NCBI GenBank assembly: GCA_963802945.1
Contig: CAWDKY010000068.1
Span: 1-10,434, forward strand
DNA from: an uncultured delta proteobacterium
Lineage (GTDB): Bacteria; Desulfobacterota; RBG-13-43-22
Length of the DNA: 10,434 nt
Reading direction: 5' to 3'
Part shown: in pieces, positions 1 through 7,231 of the stretch
Numbering within the stretch: position 1 is the first letter of the stretch
Layout of the letters: the number at the start of each line of letters is the position of its first letter
The notes under the pieces: generated by a model
The model's input: only the letters and a program-made list of their open reading frames with translations
The model's database searches: none
What the model was told of the DNA's origin: nothing
Program-made: the position numbers and the translations under genes

Positions 1-121
1 GCCCGTTATGTTTTCCGCCGGAGCATAAGTTAACATCGATTTTCTTTTTTCCTGCACGATTAAATAGCATCGGGCCTTTTTTAGAGGTCTCATCATTTTT
101 TCCCCATGACTGTTTTTCCCC

Positions 122-150
122 TTGACAACGCTTGGGAGCCATACTATTAA
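122..150 (+). promoter_or_regulatory. Candidate sigma70-type promoter for the ABC transporter operon
   Basis: Perfect TTGACA at 122-127, 17-nt spacer, then TATTAA at 145-150 (4/6 match to TATAAT, lacking the final T). Lies in an AT-rich region about 125 nt upstream of the ATG at 274. Confidence 0.5.
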
Positions 151-162
151 TTCCTAATTAAT
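146..162. promoter_or_regulatory. Inverted repeat ATTAATT-cct-AATTAAT, candidate operator
   Basis: Perfect 7-bp arms (146-152 and 156-162) overlapping the putative -10 element and transcription start. The region is AT-rich, so chance is possible. Confidence 0.3.
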
Positions 163-259
163 CCACATGCCGCTCGGATGAATAAAACTGAATAAAAAAG
201 AAATAATAAGGAGGTAATTTCAAAAAAGGAGGCTAGGCTTTTAACATCTTAATTTTTTT

Positions 260-268
260 TAAGGAGGT
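260..268 (+). promoter_or_regulatory. Shine-Dalgarno site of the binding-protein gene
   Basis: TAAGGAGGT ending 5 nt before the ATG at 274. Confidence 0.85.
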
Positions 269-273
269 TTAAA

Positions 274-1734
274 ATGAAAAAGGGTAAAGGAATTTTAATG
301 TTTCTCTGTGTTTTTTCTTTTTTCTTCCTTGTAACCGCCATGAGTCCGACCCCGGGTATGGCGGCGCAGAAAGCCAAAGAGCCAGTGCCCGCAAAAGCGC
401 CGGCGGCGAAAGCCAAATTTGAGGTCAACAAAATGGCTGACATGTCCGACTTTGATCCCAACAACTGGCCAAACCCGACCGGGGACACCATCAAGATCGC
501 CGTGGTGGCTACCTTTTCCGGTCCGGCCGCGGCGGTGGGTGAAGGTTTCTGGCTCAATGCCATGTGGGCAGCCCACGATTACAACAAGAGGGGCGGGATC
601 ATGGTGGACGGCAAAAAGAAGCTGATCCAGCTCTTCAAGGCCGATACGATGTCCAGACCCGACCAGGCCAAGAAGATCTGTGAGCAGATGGTCCTGCAGG
701 AAGGGGTCAAGTTCCTTTGGGGCGCCGACGGCAGCCACATCGTGAAAGTCATGAACCAAACGGCCGATAAATATAAGGTCATTTCCGTGAACATGATTTC
801 CTTAGCCGAAGAACTCCAGGATGCCCAAAATTTTTCCCGCTATGCCTTTATGACCTGGTGGCAGACTTCACAGGTCGGCCGTGCTTTCGCCTATTTTTAC
901 GGCCAGAGGAAAAAAGAAAAAAAGTTTTACATTATCTGTCAGGACTACATGTTCGGCCATGACATGGCCGAAAACTTCAAAAAAGGGTTAAAGGAATACT
1001 ATCCCGAGGCCCAGGTCGTCGGCGAGGATTTTCATAAGCTGTTCCAGACCGATTATGCCCCTTATATTACCAAGATAAAGGCCTCCGGGGCCGAGGTGAT
1101 TTACACCGGGGATTGGGATCCGGATGCCACCAACCTGCTCAAGCAGTCCCGGGCTATGGGGGTCTACCTTCCTTTTGCCCACATTTACATGGGTAACGCC
1201 GCCACCCTTGCCTCCCTGGGGGTTAAGGATACCACTGGCTTGCAAATAGGCTCCCCTTATGCGAACGGCACCCCGACCTTCAAAACACCGGAGATGATTA
1301 AATACCGGAGAATAATGGAGGCTGCCTATAAGAGATTCAAAGCACCTTATAATAACTTGGTTTACTCGCAGGGGTGGGATCCCATATCGATGGAGTTTAA
1401 TTGGCTTTTAAGCGTCATCGAAAGGGCCGGAAGTACGGATCCCGAAAAGATCATCAAGACTTGGGAGGGGGACACTTACCAATACGTATACGGCCATGTC
1501 AAGAAAATGCGGCCCTGTGATCACAATACGATCCAGGATCTTCATATTATCGAATATGTCCCACCTGATCAACAAAAAATATCTTACAATATTCCACCTT
1601 ATCACTGGACGGATAAAAGTGCCTTTTTTGGCACAGAGTTCAGGGTACCGGCGGAAAAAGCCCTTCCCTGGATGGATCCGAAACTGGAACGATGTAAAGG
1701 GAAGGATCCAAGCGATATTACTCCTTTAAAGTAA
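274..1734 (+). CDS. ABC transporter substrate-binding protein, LivK/LivJ-like (Peripla_BP_6 / HAAT family), 486 aa
   Basis: Signal peptide (MKKGKG followed by a hydrophobic stretch) and an Ala/Lys/Pro linker. Family-typical segments: TIKIAVVATFSGPAAAVG, YNKRGGIMVDGKKKLIQL, QDYMFGHD, TDYAPYITKIKASGAEVI, AGSTDPEKIIK. Strong SD; first gene of a livHMGF-like cluster. Substrate cannot be determined from sequence. Confidence 0.93.
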   Translation: MKKGKGILMFLCVFSFFFLVTAMSPTPGMAAQKAKEPVPAKAPAAKAKFEVNKMADMSDFDPNNWPNPTGDTIKIAVVATFSGPAAAVGEGFWLNAMWAAHDYNKRGGIMVDGKKKLIQLFKADTMSRPDQAKKICEQMVLQEGVKFLWGADGSHIVKVMNQTADKYKVISVNMISLAEELQDAQNFSRYAFMTWWQTSQVGRAFAYFYGQRKKEKKFYIICQDYMFGHDMAENFKKGLKEYYPEAQVVGEDFHKLFQTDYAPYITKIKASGAEVIYTGDWDPDATNLLKQSRAMGVYLPFAHIYMGNAATLASLGVKDTTGLQIGSPYANGTPTFKTPEMIKYRRIMEAAYKRFKAPYNNLVYSQGWDPISMEFNWLLSVIERAGSTDPEKIIKTWEGDTYQYVYGHVKKMRPCDHNTIQDLHIIEYVPPDQQKISYNIPPYHWTDKSAFFGTEFRVPAEKALPWMDPKLERCKGKDPSDITPLK

Positions 1735-1744
1735 CACAGAAAGC

Positions 1745-1816
1745 AAAAGTGCATCAGGCTGGGTGGTTGACGGCGAGAGCCGTTCGTCCCCCAGCCGCGG
1801 TGCTCTTTTAATTTTT
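1745..1816 (+). terminator. Long GC-rich hairpin with T-rich tail after the binding-protein gene (partial terminator or mRNA stabiliser)
   Basis: Pairings AAAAG/CTTTT (1745-49/1805-09), GCATC/GGTGC (1751-55/1799-1803), GGCTGGG/CCCAGCC (1757-63/1790-96) and GACGGC-GAGA-GCCGTT (1769-84), followed by TTTTAATTTTT. Confidence 0.7.
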
Positions 1817-1876
1817 AGCGACCCGTAAGTATAACAAGTATCACATCCGGCAAATTTTTTTTGAGAGGTTAACCCA

Positions 1877-2757
1877 ATGAGTCCAACAACCGCCATGTAT
1901 ATGGCCCAGGGAATACATGGGATCGCTTATGGGATGATTCTTTTCTTGGTTTCATCCGGCGTTACCCTGATCATCGGCATGATGAACATTCTGAACATGG
2001 CCCATGCCGGTTTTTTTATGCTTTCCGCCTATTTTTGCTACCAGGTCATTGCCCTGAACCGGAAATTTCTGGTTGGGTCTTCTCCTGGCCCCGATCTTCA
2101 CGGCTTTTTGCGGCATGTCTCATGGAAAGATTTCTTCTCAGAAAACTACACGGTTACGGGGCCATAGGCGAATTAATTTTAACCGTGGGCATCGGTTTTT
2201 TCATCATGCCATGGTGAAGATCATCTGGGGCACATCGAATCTGTCGGTTAAAGTTCCTCACATCACTGGACGGACTGGTCAATATTGCCGGTCTGGATTA
2301 TCCGATCTATCGACTTTTTGTGATTGGACTGGCTCTGCTGGTTCTGGGGATTATGGCCCTGCTTCTGTATAAGACCCGTGTGGGCACTATCGTTCGGGCG
2401 GCTGTTTCCGACGGTGATATGGTCAATGCTTTGGGGATCAATATTCCCTTACTCTTCACCCTGGTTTTTGGAGTGGGCGTCTGGCTGGCCGGGGTGGCCG
2501 GGGTGGCCATAGCTCCCATATTGACCGTATTTCCCGGACTAGCGGATCAGATGGGTATGGATGCCTTTATTGTGGTCGTAGTGGCAGGATTCGGGAGCCT
2601 TTCAGGGGCATTTATGGTGTCCATTATATTCGGCTTGTTAAGTTCCTATGGGGTGCAGTTCCTTTCCCAGATGGCGCCGCTGTTGATGTTTATCTTTATG
2701 GCCATTGTCATGACTTTTTGGCCCCATGGTTTTTTTGGAGAAGGTGAAGAAGAATGA
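1877..2757 (+). CDS. livH: Branched-chain amino acid-type ABC permease LivH-like; four apparent frameshifts (probably sequence errors)
   Basis: Joining frames at about 2057 (+1), 2118 (+1), 2196-2207 (-1) and 2256-2263 (+1) gives a continuous LivH-like protein: QGIHGIAYGMILFLVSSGVTLIIGMMNILNMAHAGFFM...AL/TGNFWLGLLLAP...CG/LMERFLLRKL...ELILTVGIGFF/AMVKIIWG.../SLDGLVNIAGLDYPIYRLFVIG...KTRVGTIVRAAVSD...ALGIN...FIVVVVAGFGSLSGA...WPHGFFG. SD GAGAGG at 1863-1868. Symbol is family-level. Confidence 0.9.
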
Positions 2758-3722
2758 AAAAAACTTTAAAATGGATTCTGTGGATCGTCCTGGGCGGAGT
2801 CTTGATCCTCTATCCCAAAATGGTTGGTATTTATTATACCAACTTTTTTGTCGCTTTCGCCATCATGGCTGTTTTTGCAGAATCTATTAATATTGAACTG
2901 GGTTACACACGGCTTCTTAATTTCGGTCATGCCATGTTTTTTGGTATGGGGGGCTATGGCACGGCCCTGGCCTTGCAGCATATCCCTGGAATGCCTCTTT
3001 TGGGGGCTGTCGGGGCCGGTATGTTTCTGGCGGCTTTATTGGCCCTGATTTTATGTCCCTTAATCGTCCGAGTCAGCGGCACCGCCTTCGCCATGTTGCA
3101 CATCGCCTTTGCCTCACTCCTTTATATGCTGGCCCTGAAATTAAGGGCTATCACCGGCGGGGAAGACGGAGTCGGGGGATTTCCCACGCCGCCGTTCAAC
3201 ATCCCCGGTATTGTATCCATAGATATGAAAAATACGACCAATTTTTATTACTTTGCCCTGATCGTCCTGGGAATCAGCCTCTGGCTCATGTGGTATTTGA
3301 CCAAGACTCCCTTCGGTCAGATCATGGTCGGCATACGGGACAACCCCAAGCGGATTAATTACCTGGGTTATAAAGTGCCGGAAAGCAAGGCCTTGGTATA
3401 TATTATAGGGGGCGCTTTTGCCGGGGTGGCTGGCTCGATCTATGCCCTGTTTCAGAACCTGATTTCTGTGGATGCCTTCAGTATCCTGAACTCCTTTGAG
3501 CCGGTTTTGATGACCATGGTCGGCGGAATCGGCCAATTCTCTGGCCCGATTCTGGGTGCGGCCTTTTTCCAAGTTTTTCAGGAAGTGGCCCGCCATTATA
3601 CGGACCGGGTTGAGCTGGTGGTAGGCCTGATTCTCGTTATTACCGTCATGTTTGCTCCCATGGGGTTCATGGGCGCTTATCGAACTTTGAAAGCTAAATG
3701 GGACGCAAAACGAAAGAGTTAA
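2754..3722 (+). CDS. livM: Branched-chain amino acid-type ABC permease LivM-like, 322 aa
   Basis: GYTRLLNFGHAMFFGMGGY, RVSGTAFAMLH, ITGGEDG, TPFGQIMVGIRDNPKR, MVGGIGQFSGPILGA, FAPMG. ATGA overlap with the livH stop at 2754-2757. Symbol is family-level. Confidence 0.95.
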   Translation: MKKTLKWILWIVLGGVLILYPKMVGIYYTNFFVAFAIMAVFAESINIELGYTRLLNFGHAMFFGMGGYGTALALQHIPGMPLLGAVGAGMFLAALLALILCPLIVRVSGTAFAMLHIAFASLLYMLALKLRAITGGEDGVGGFPTPPFNIPGIVSIDMKNTTNFYYFALIVLGISLWLMWYLTKTPFGQIMVGIRDNPKRINYLGYKVPESKALVYIIGGAFAGVAGSIYALFQNLISVDAFSILNSFEPVLMTMVGGIGQFSGPILGAAFFQVFQEVARHYTDRVELVVGLILVITVMFAPMGFMGAYRTLKAKWDAKRKS

Positions 3723-3737
3723 ATTGGAGAAGGTTTA

Positions 3738-4484
3738 ATGAATATCCTGGAAACAAAAGGTCTTTTTCACGATTACAACGGTCTGGAAGTGTTGTTTGAC
3801 GTCAACCTGCAGGTCAAAGAAGGGGAACGGCATGCTATCATCGGTCCCAATGGAGCAGGTAAAACGACGCTCTTTAATACCATAACCGGGACTTATTGCC
3901 CAAGCAAGGGAAAAGTTTTCTTCAAGGGCAAAGAGATAACCGGGTACCCTCCTTATAAGTTGACCCGTTTGGGTATGGGCAGATCATTTCAGCTTACCAG
4001 TACCTTTGTTCGGTTGGTTACTTTCCAAAATGTACGTTTGGCTATCCTTTCTAAAAAAGGAATCCGTTTCAATTTGTTCCGCAAGGTGGATAAAATGGCG
4101 GATGTTAACCAGGAGACCTTGGAAATTATAAAACGGATCAATCTGGAACAAGAAATGTTGGTACCTGCCGCCCTGTTGTCCTATGGGAAGCATCGTTCCC
4201 TTGAGATCAGCATGGCCTTAGCGACCAATCCGGACTTAATACTTCTGGATGAGCCTACGGCCGGTATGTCCCGGGATGAAACGCATACTGCTGTTGAAAT
4301 GATCAAGCGGTTGACCGAGGGCAAGTCCGTGGTCATCATTGAGCATGATATGGATGTAGTCTTCTCCATTGCGGACCGCATCACGGTTCTTCACTATGGG
4401 CAGATCCTGGCGACCGGGACCCCGGATGAGATCCGGCAGAATCAAGCTGTCAAGGATGCTTATCTTGGAGAGGCGGAAGTTTGA
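3738..4484 (+). CDS. livG: ABC transporter ATP-binding protein LivG-like, 248 aa
   Basis: Walker A GPNGAGKT, GRSFQ Q-loop, LSYG signature, Walker B LILLDEPTAG, IEHDMD, C-terminal VKDAYLG. SD GGAGAAGG upstream. Confidence 0.96.
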   Translation: MNILETKGLFHDYNGLEVLFDVNLQVKEGERHAIIGPNGAGKTTLFNTITGTYCPSKGKVFFKGKEITGYPPYKLTRLGMGRSFQLTSTFVRLVTFQNVRLAILSKKGIRFNLFRKVDKMADVNQETLEIIKRINLEQEMLVPAALLSYGKHRSLEISMALATNPDLILLDEPTAGMSRDETHTAVEMIKRLTEGKSVVIIEHDMDVVFSIADRITVLHYGQILATGTPDEIRQNQAVKDAYLGEAEV

Positions 4485-4574
4485 TACAAAAAGCCTAAAG
4501 AGCACAGAGCAGGGCCCTACAACCCGGAACCTGAAAAAAAGATTTTTAATGTGCACGCTGAGTAAGGAGCAATA

Positions 4575-5288
4575 ATGTTACTGGAAGTCCAAGACCTGAA
4601 TACCTACTACGGAACAAGCCATGTTTTACAAGGGGTCTCTTTAACTGTTGACAAGGGAGAGATTGTTGCTCTTCTGGGTCGAAACGGTATGGGGAAAAGC
4701 ACCACCCTGAAAAGTATTATGGGACTGGTCAAACCGAAATCGGGAACAGTAACTTTTCAGGGAAAGAATGTTGCCGGCCTTCCGCCCTTCAAGGTGGCCA
4801 AAGCAGGGATCGGCTTTGTCCCGGAAGAAAGACGGATCTTTCCTAAACTCACTGTTCTGGAAAACCTGAATTTGGGAATAAAAGGGGGAAAAATATCCTC
4901 GCAAAAAGACACTTGGACGGTGGAAAGGATCTTTGAACATTTCCCCAAGCTGAAAGAAAGGATCAATCAGAAAGGTAGGTTTTTATCCGGCGGCGAACAG
5001 CAGATGTTGACTATCGGACGTTCCCTGATGGGTAATCCTGATCTTTTGTTGGTGGATGAACCTACGGAAGGGCTGGCTCCCCTTATGGTCAAGGAGGTAA
5101 GGGATATTTTAGAGGATATCAATAAAATGACCGGTGTTTCCATTCTGCTGGTGGAACATAACCTTAAAGTGGCCTTGTCTCTGGCTAGCCGTATCTATCT
5201 GATGGGTAAGGCTCACATAGGATTTTCCGGGACTCAAGAGGAATTGGAAGCCGACCCGCAGGCCCGCGCCAAATATCTGGAAGTCTAA
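4575..5288 (+). CDS. livF: ABC transporter ATP-binding protein LivF-like, 237 aa
   Basis: Walker A GRNGMGKS, VPEERRIFPKLTVLENL, LSGGEQQML, LLLVDEPTEGLAP, LLVEHN. SD AAGGAG at 4564-4569. Confidence 0.96.
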   Translation: MLLEVQDLNTYYGTSHVLQGVSLTVDKGEIVALLGRNGMGKSTTLKSIMGLVKPKSGTVTFQGKNVAGLPPFKVAKAGIGFVPEERRIFPKLTVLENLNLGIKGGKISSQKDTWTVERIFEHFPKLKERINQKGRFLSGGEQQMLTIGRSLMGNPDLLLVDEPTEGLAPLMVKEVRDILEDINKMTGVSILLVEHNLKVALSLASRIYLMGKAHIGFSGTQEELEADPQARAKYLEV

Positions 5289-5384
5289 ACCAAAAAATCA
5301 TAGAAAACGATCCGATAATTTTTAACTGTTCATCTAACGTCCCGAGTCCCTTAATTTAATTCCCTCACTAAATTCTCCTAAGGC

Positions 5385-5430
5385 AGAGGAAGTCCCTCAT
5401 TCCAGACTCCGGACTTCTTCTCTTTCTCCC
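5385..5430 (+). terminator. Possible terminator hairpin downstream of livF
   Basis: AGAGGAAGTCC (5385-95) pairs with GGACTTCTTCT (5411-21), 11 bp with one G-U and a 15-nt loop, followed by a pyrimidine tract. The large loop and weak U-tail make it atypical. Confidence 0.35.
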
Positions 5431-5566
5431 TGAAGGCACCTATGCCCCAGCAGGGGACTTCTTTCCGGGATTAGGAACTACGCTCGGTGATCCTGCATCG
5501 AATTTTTGAATTCAAAATTCTAAACATGGGTCAGAGGATTGAGAGAAAAAATTCCAATGGGTTTGG

Positions 5567-6037
5567 TTAAGAATTTAATCTCCATAAACTAGAATTCAAG
5601 ATCATAGCGAACGTTATCCAAATGACACAAGGGGTGAGTAAAAATCCTGCCCATCGGGACAATTTGAAAAACGGATACATAGTCAACAAAATGGCTGCCC
5701 AGAGGAAAAAAATTTCAATCAAACCAGCCAAAGGAGACCTTAGACCGAAAAAAAACATTGACCAAAGGACATTTAAAAACAATTGAATAAAAAAGAAAGT
5801 CGTGGCCTTTTTGACTTCCGGTCTATTCCAGCCTTTGCTCCAAACGATGAAAAAAGAGATACCCAGGAGGGTATATAGGCAGATCCAGACCAGACTGAAA
5901 ATCCAACTAGGTGGTAAAAATGAGGGCTTGACCAATGCGGTGAACCAGGTTGGAATAGCCGGGATGGTGGAAAAAGAGCCCAGGAGACCTGCTAATTGGC
6001 AGAGGGCGATACTGGCGACCAATTGAATGATTTTCAT
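5567..6037 (-). CDS. tspO: TspO/MBR family tryptophan-rich sensory protein (translocator protein), 156 aa
   Basis: Five hydrophobic segments, with WFTALVKPSFLPPSWIFSLVWICLYTLLG, FFIQLFLNVLWSMFFFGLRSP and AGFLLTPCVIWITFAMILN matching the TspO pattern. SD AGAGAGG just upstream on the - strand. Confidence 0.93.
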   Translation of the reverse strand: MKIIQLVASIALCQLAGLLGSFSTIPAIPTWFTALVKPSFLPPSWIFSLVWICLYTLLGISFFIVWSKGWNRPEVKKATTFFFIQLFLNVLWSMFFFGLRSPLAGLIEIFFLWAAILLTMYPFFKLSRWAGFLLTPCVIWITFAMILNSSLWRLNS

Positions 6038-6087
6038 AACCGCCTCTCTTGATTGAGTTAATCTCTACTCATTTGATTTTTTAATTT

Positions 6088-6116
6088 ATTATAACCTAAT
6101 GGCCTTGTTCTTCCAT
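6088..6116 (-). promoter_or_regulatory. Candidate promoter for tspO
   Basis: Perfect TATAAT on the - strand at 6093-6088, about 50 nt upstream of the start. Only a weak -35 (ATGGAA, 6116-6111) at 17-nt spacing. Confidence 0.4.
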
Positions 6117-6289
6117 ACGACTTTCTCTGAGAGCCTGGAGGGATTGAATGAGAACAGACAATCAATTTTAACAAAAGTCTGGAATTTAGGAGAATAATGA
6201 GAATCCAGTTGAAAATCTTATGAAAATTTCTTAAACTATATCATCAATCAATTTCAGGAGGCAGAAGATTTAGAGAGTTTATAGAAGGG

Positions 6290-6318
6290 TTTACAGACAG
6301 AGAAAAAATTGTTAGTCT
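6290..6318 (+). promoter_or_regulatory. Candidate sigma70 promoter with extended -10 for the ricT-metG operon
   Basis: TTTACA (6290-95), 17-nt spacer, TG at 6310-11, then TAGTCT (6313-18), which keeps the three most conserved -10 bases. Confidence 0.45.
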
Positions 6319-6366
6319 AATCATTCTGGTGTTGGTTTAAAGACCCAACCCATTAAATAAACTGAA

Positions 6367-7225
6367 ATGTTGAAGAGCGAAAACAATATGTCATCAGAAA
6401 GTTTGAAAATTGTCGGGATACGATTTCAAAATTCCGGCCCGATCTATGATTTTGATGCCGGCCATTTTGTCTTGAATTGCGGGGACCTGGTTATTGTCAA
6501 AACCGAACAGGGAACGGGTTTAGGCAAAGTGGTCCGTGGTCCCCAGAAGGTTGACCGCCCCTCCGAAGGGAAAGAAATTAAAAAAGATATTCCGCTTGGC
6601 CAACGCAGCCGATTTGGAACTGCACAGGAAAATTCAGGAAAAGGAGAAGGAGGCCTTTACCTTTTGTTCGGAGCGAATTCGTGAAAAAAATCTGGTCATG
6701 AAATTGGTGAAAGTGGAATGTTTTTTTGACGGAAGCAAAATCGTCTTTTATTTTACGGCTGAAGGGCGGATCGATTTCCGGGAATTGGTCAAGGACCTGG
6801 TTCATCGCTTTCATACCCGGATTGAAATGCGCCAGATCGGGGTTCGAAATGAGACCAAAATGCTGGGAGGCCTGGGCCATTGCGGCCGGGAAGTGTGTTG
6901 TTCCTATTGCCTCCCTGATTTTGCCACGGTTTCGGTCAAGATGGCCAAGGAACAGAATCTGCCCTTAAACCCGTCAAAAATTTCAGGTCTCTGCGGCCGG
7001 TTGATGTGCTGCCTGACCTATGAATTTGATACTTACCTGGATTTGAAAAAAGATTTTCCCAAGTGCGGGAAGACTATTATGAGTTCCTTGGGGCCGGTAA
7101 AGATTCTCAGGCAAAATGTCTTGGAAGGGACCGTCGTGGTTGAAACCCAGGAAAGAGAGGAAAAAATCATCAACGTAGGGGATTTATTCCAAGAAACGGG
7201 GCCGGAAAAAAAAGAAAAGGGATAA
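6367..7225 (+). CDS. ricT: PSP1-domain / stage 0 sporulation family protein (RicT/YaaT-like); one apparent +1 frameshift between about 6540 and 6586
   Basis: The N-terminal frame (IVGIRFQNSGPIYDFD...GDLVIVKTEQGTGLGKV) joins the C-terminal frame (KKIFRLA...MKLVKVE...KIVFYFTAEGRIDFRELVKDL...TRIEMRQIGVRNETK..GGLGHCGREVCC...MAKEQNLPLNPSKISGLCGRLMCCLTYE). The true start may be the ATG at 6388. Confidence 0.93.
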
Positions 7226-7231
7226 ACTATT

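Noticed and set aside
1-96. Possible partial gene at the left edge: + frame ending ARYVFRRSIS* (1-33), or - frame MMRPLKKARCYLIVQEKRKSMLTYAPAENITG (96-1) open to the edge
   Set aside because: Both are too short to recognise, and I cannot choose between them without flanking sequence.
167-195. Two tiny overlapping uORFs, MPLG* (167-181) and MNKTE* (178-195), as a leader-peptide attenuator
   Set aside because: No SD in front of them, no Leu/Ile/Val codon run and no terminator/antiterminator before 274.
249-1729. Antisense and alternative-frame ORFs over the binding-protein gene (249-563, 295-759, 419-625, 579-794, 988-1245, 1408-1605, 1496-1729)
   Set aside because: They overlap a well-supported CDS and show no recognisable motifs, so they are shadow ORFs.
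4482-4565. livG TGA followed by 26 open in-frame codons ending at the livF RBS (possible read-through or selenocysteine)
   Set aside because: LivG already ends at its usual AYLG terminus, an open run of this length is common by chance, and I see no SECIS-like hairpin.
2307-4966. Shadow ORFs across livH/M/G/F, including 3141-3596 (-), 4236-4556 (-) and 4369-4575 (+)
   Set aside because: They overlap conserved transporter genes and have no family signal.
5289-5566. tRNA, riboswitch or CRISPR array in the intergenic gap
   Set aside because: No cloverleaf or T-loop motif, no riboswitch consensus I recognise, and no regularly spaced repeats. The gap is also downstream of both neighbouring genes.
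6580-6586. AAAAAAG as a dnaX/IS-type -1 programmed frameshift site
   Set aside because: It is read AAA-AAA-G rather than A-AAA-AAG, and the downstream frame needs +1, not -1.
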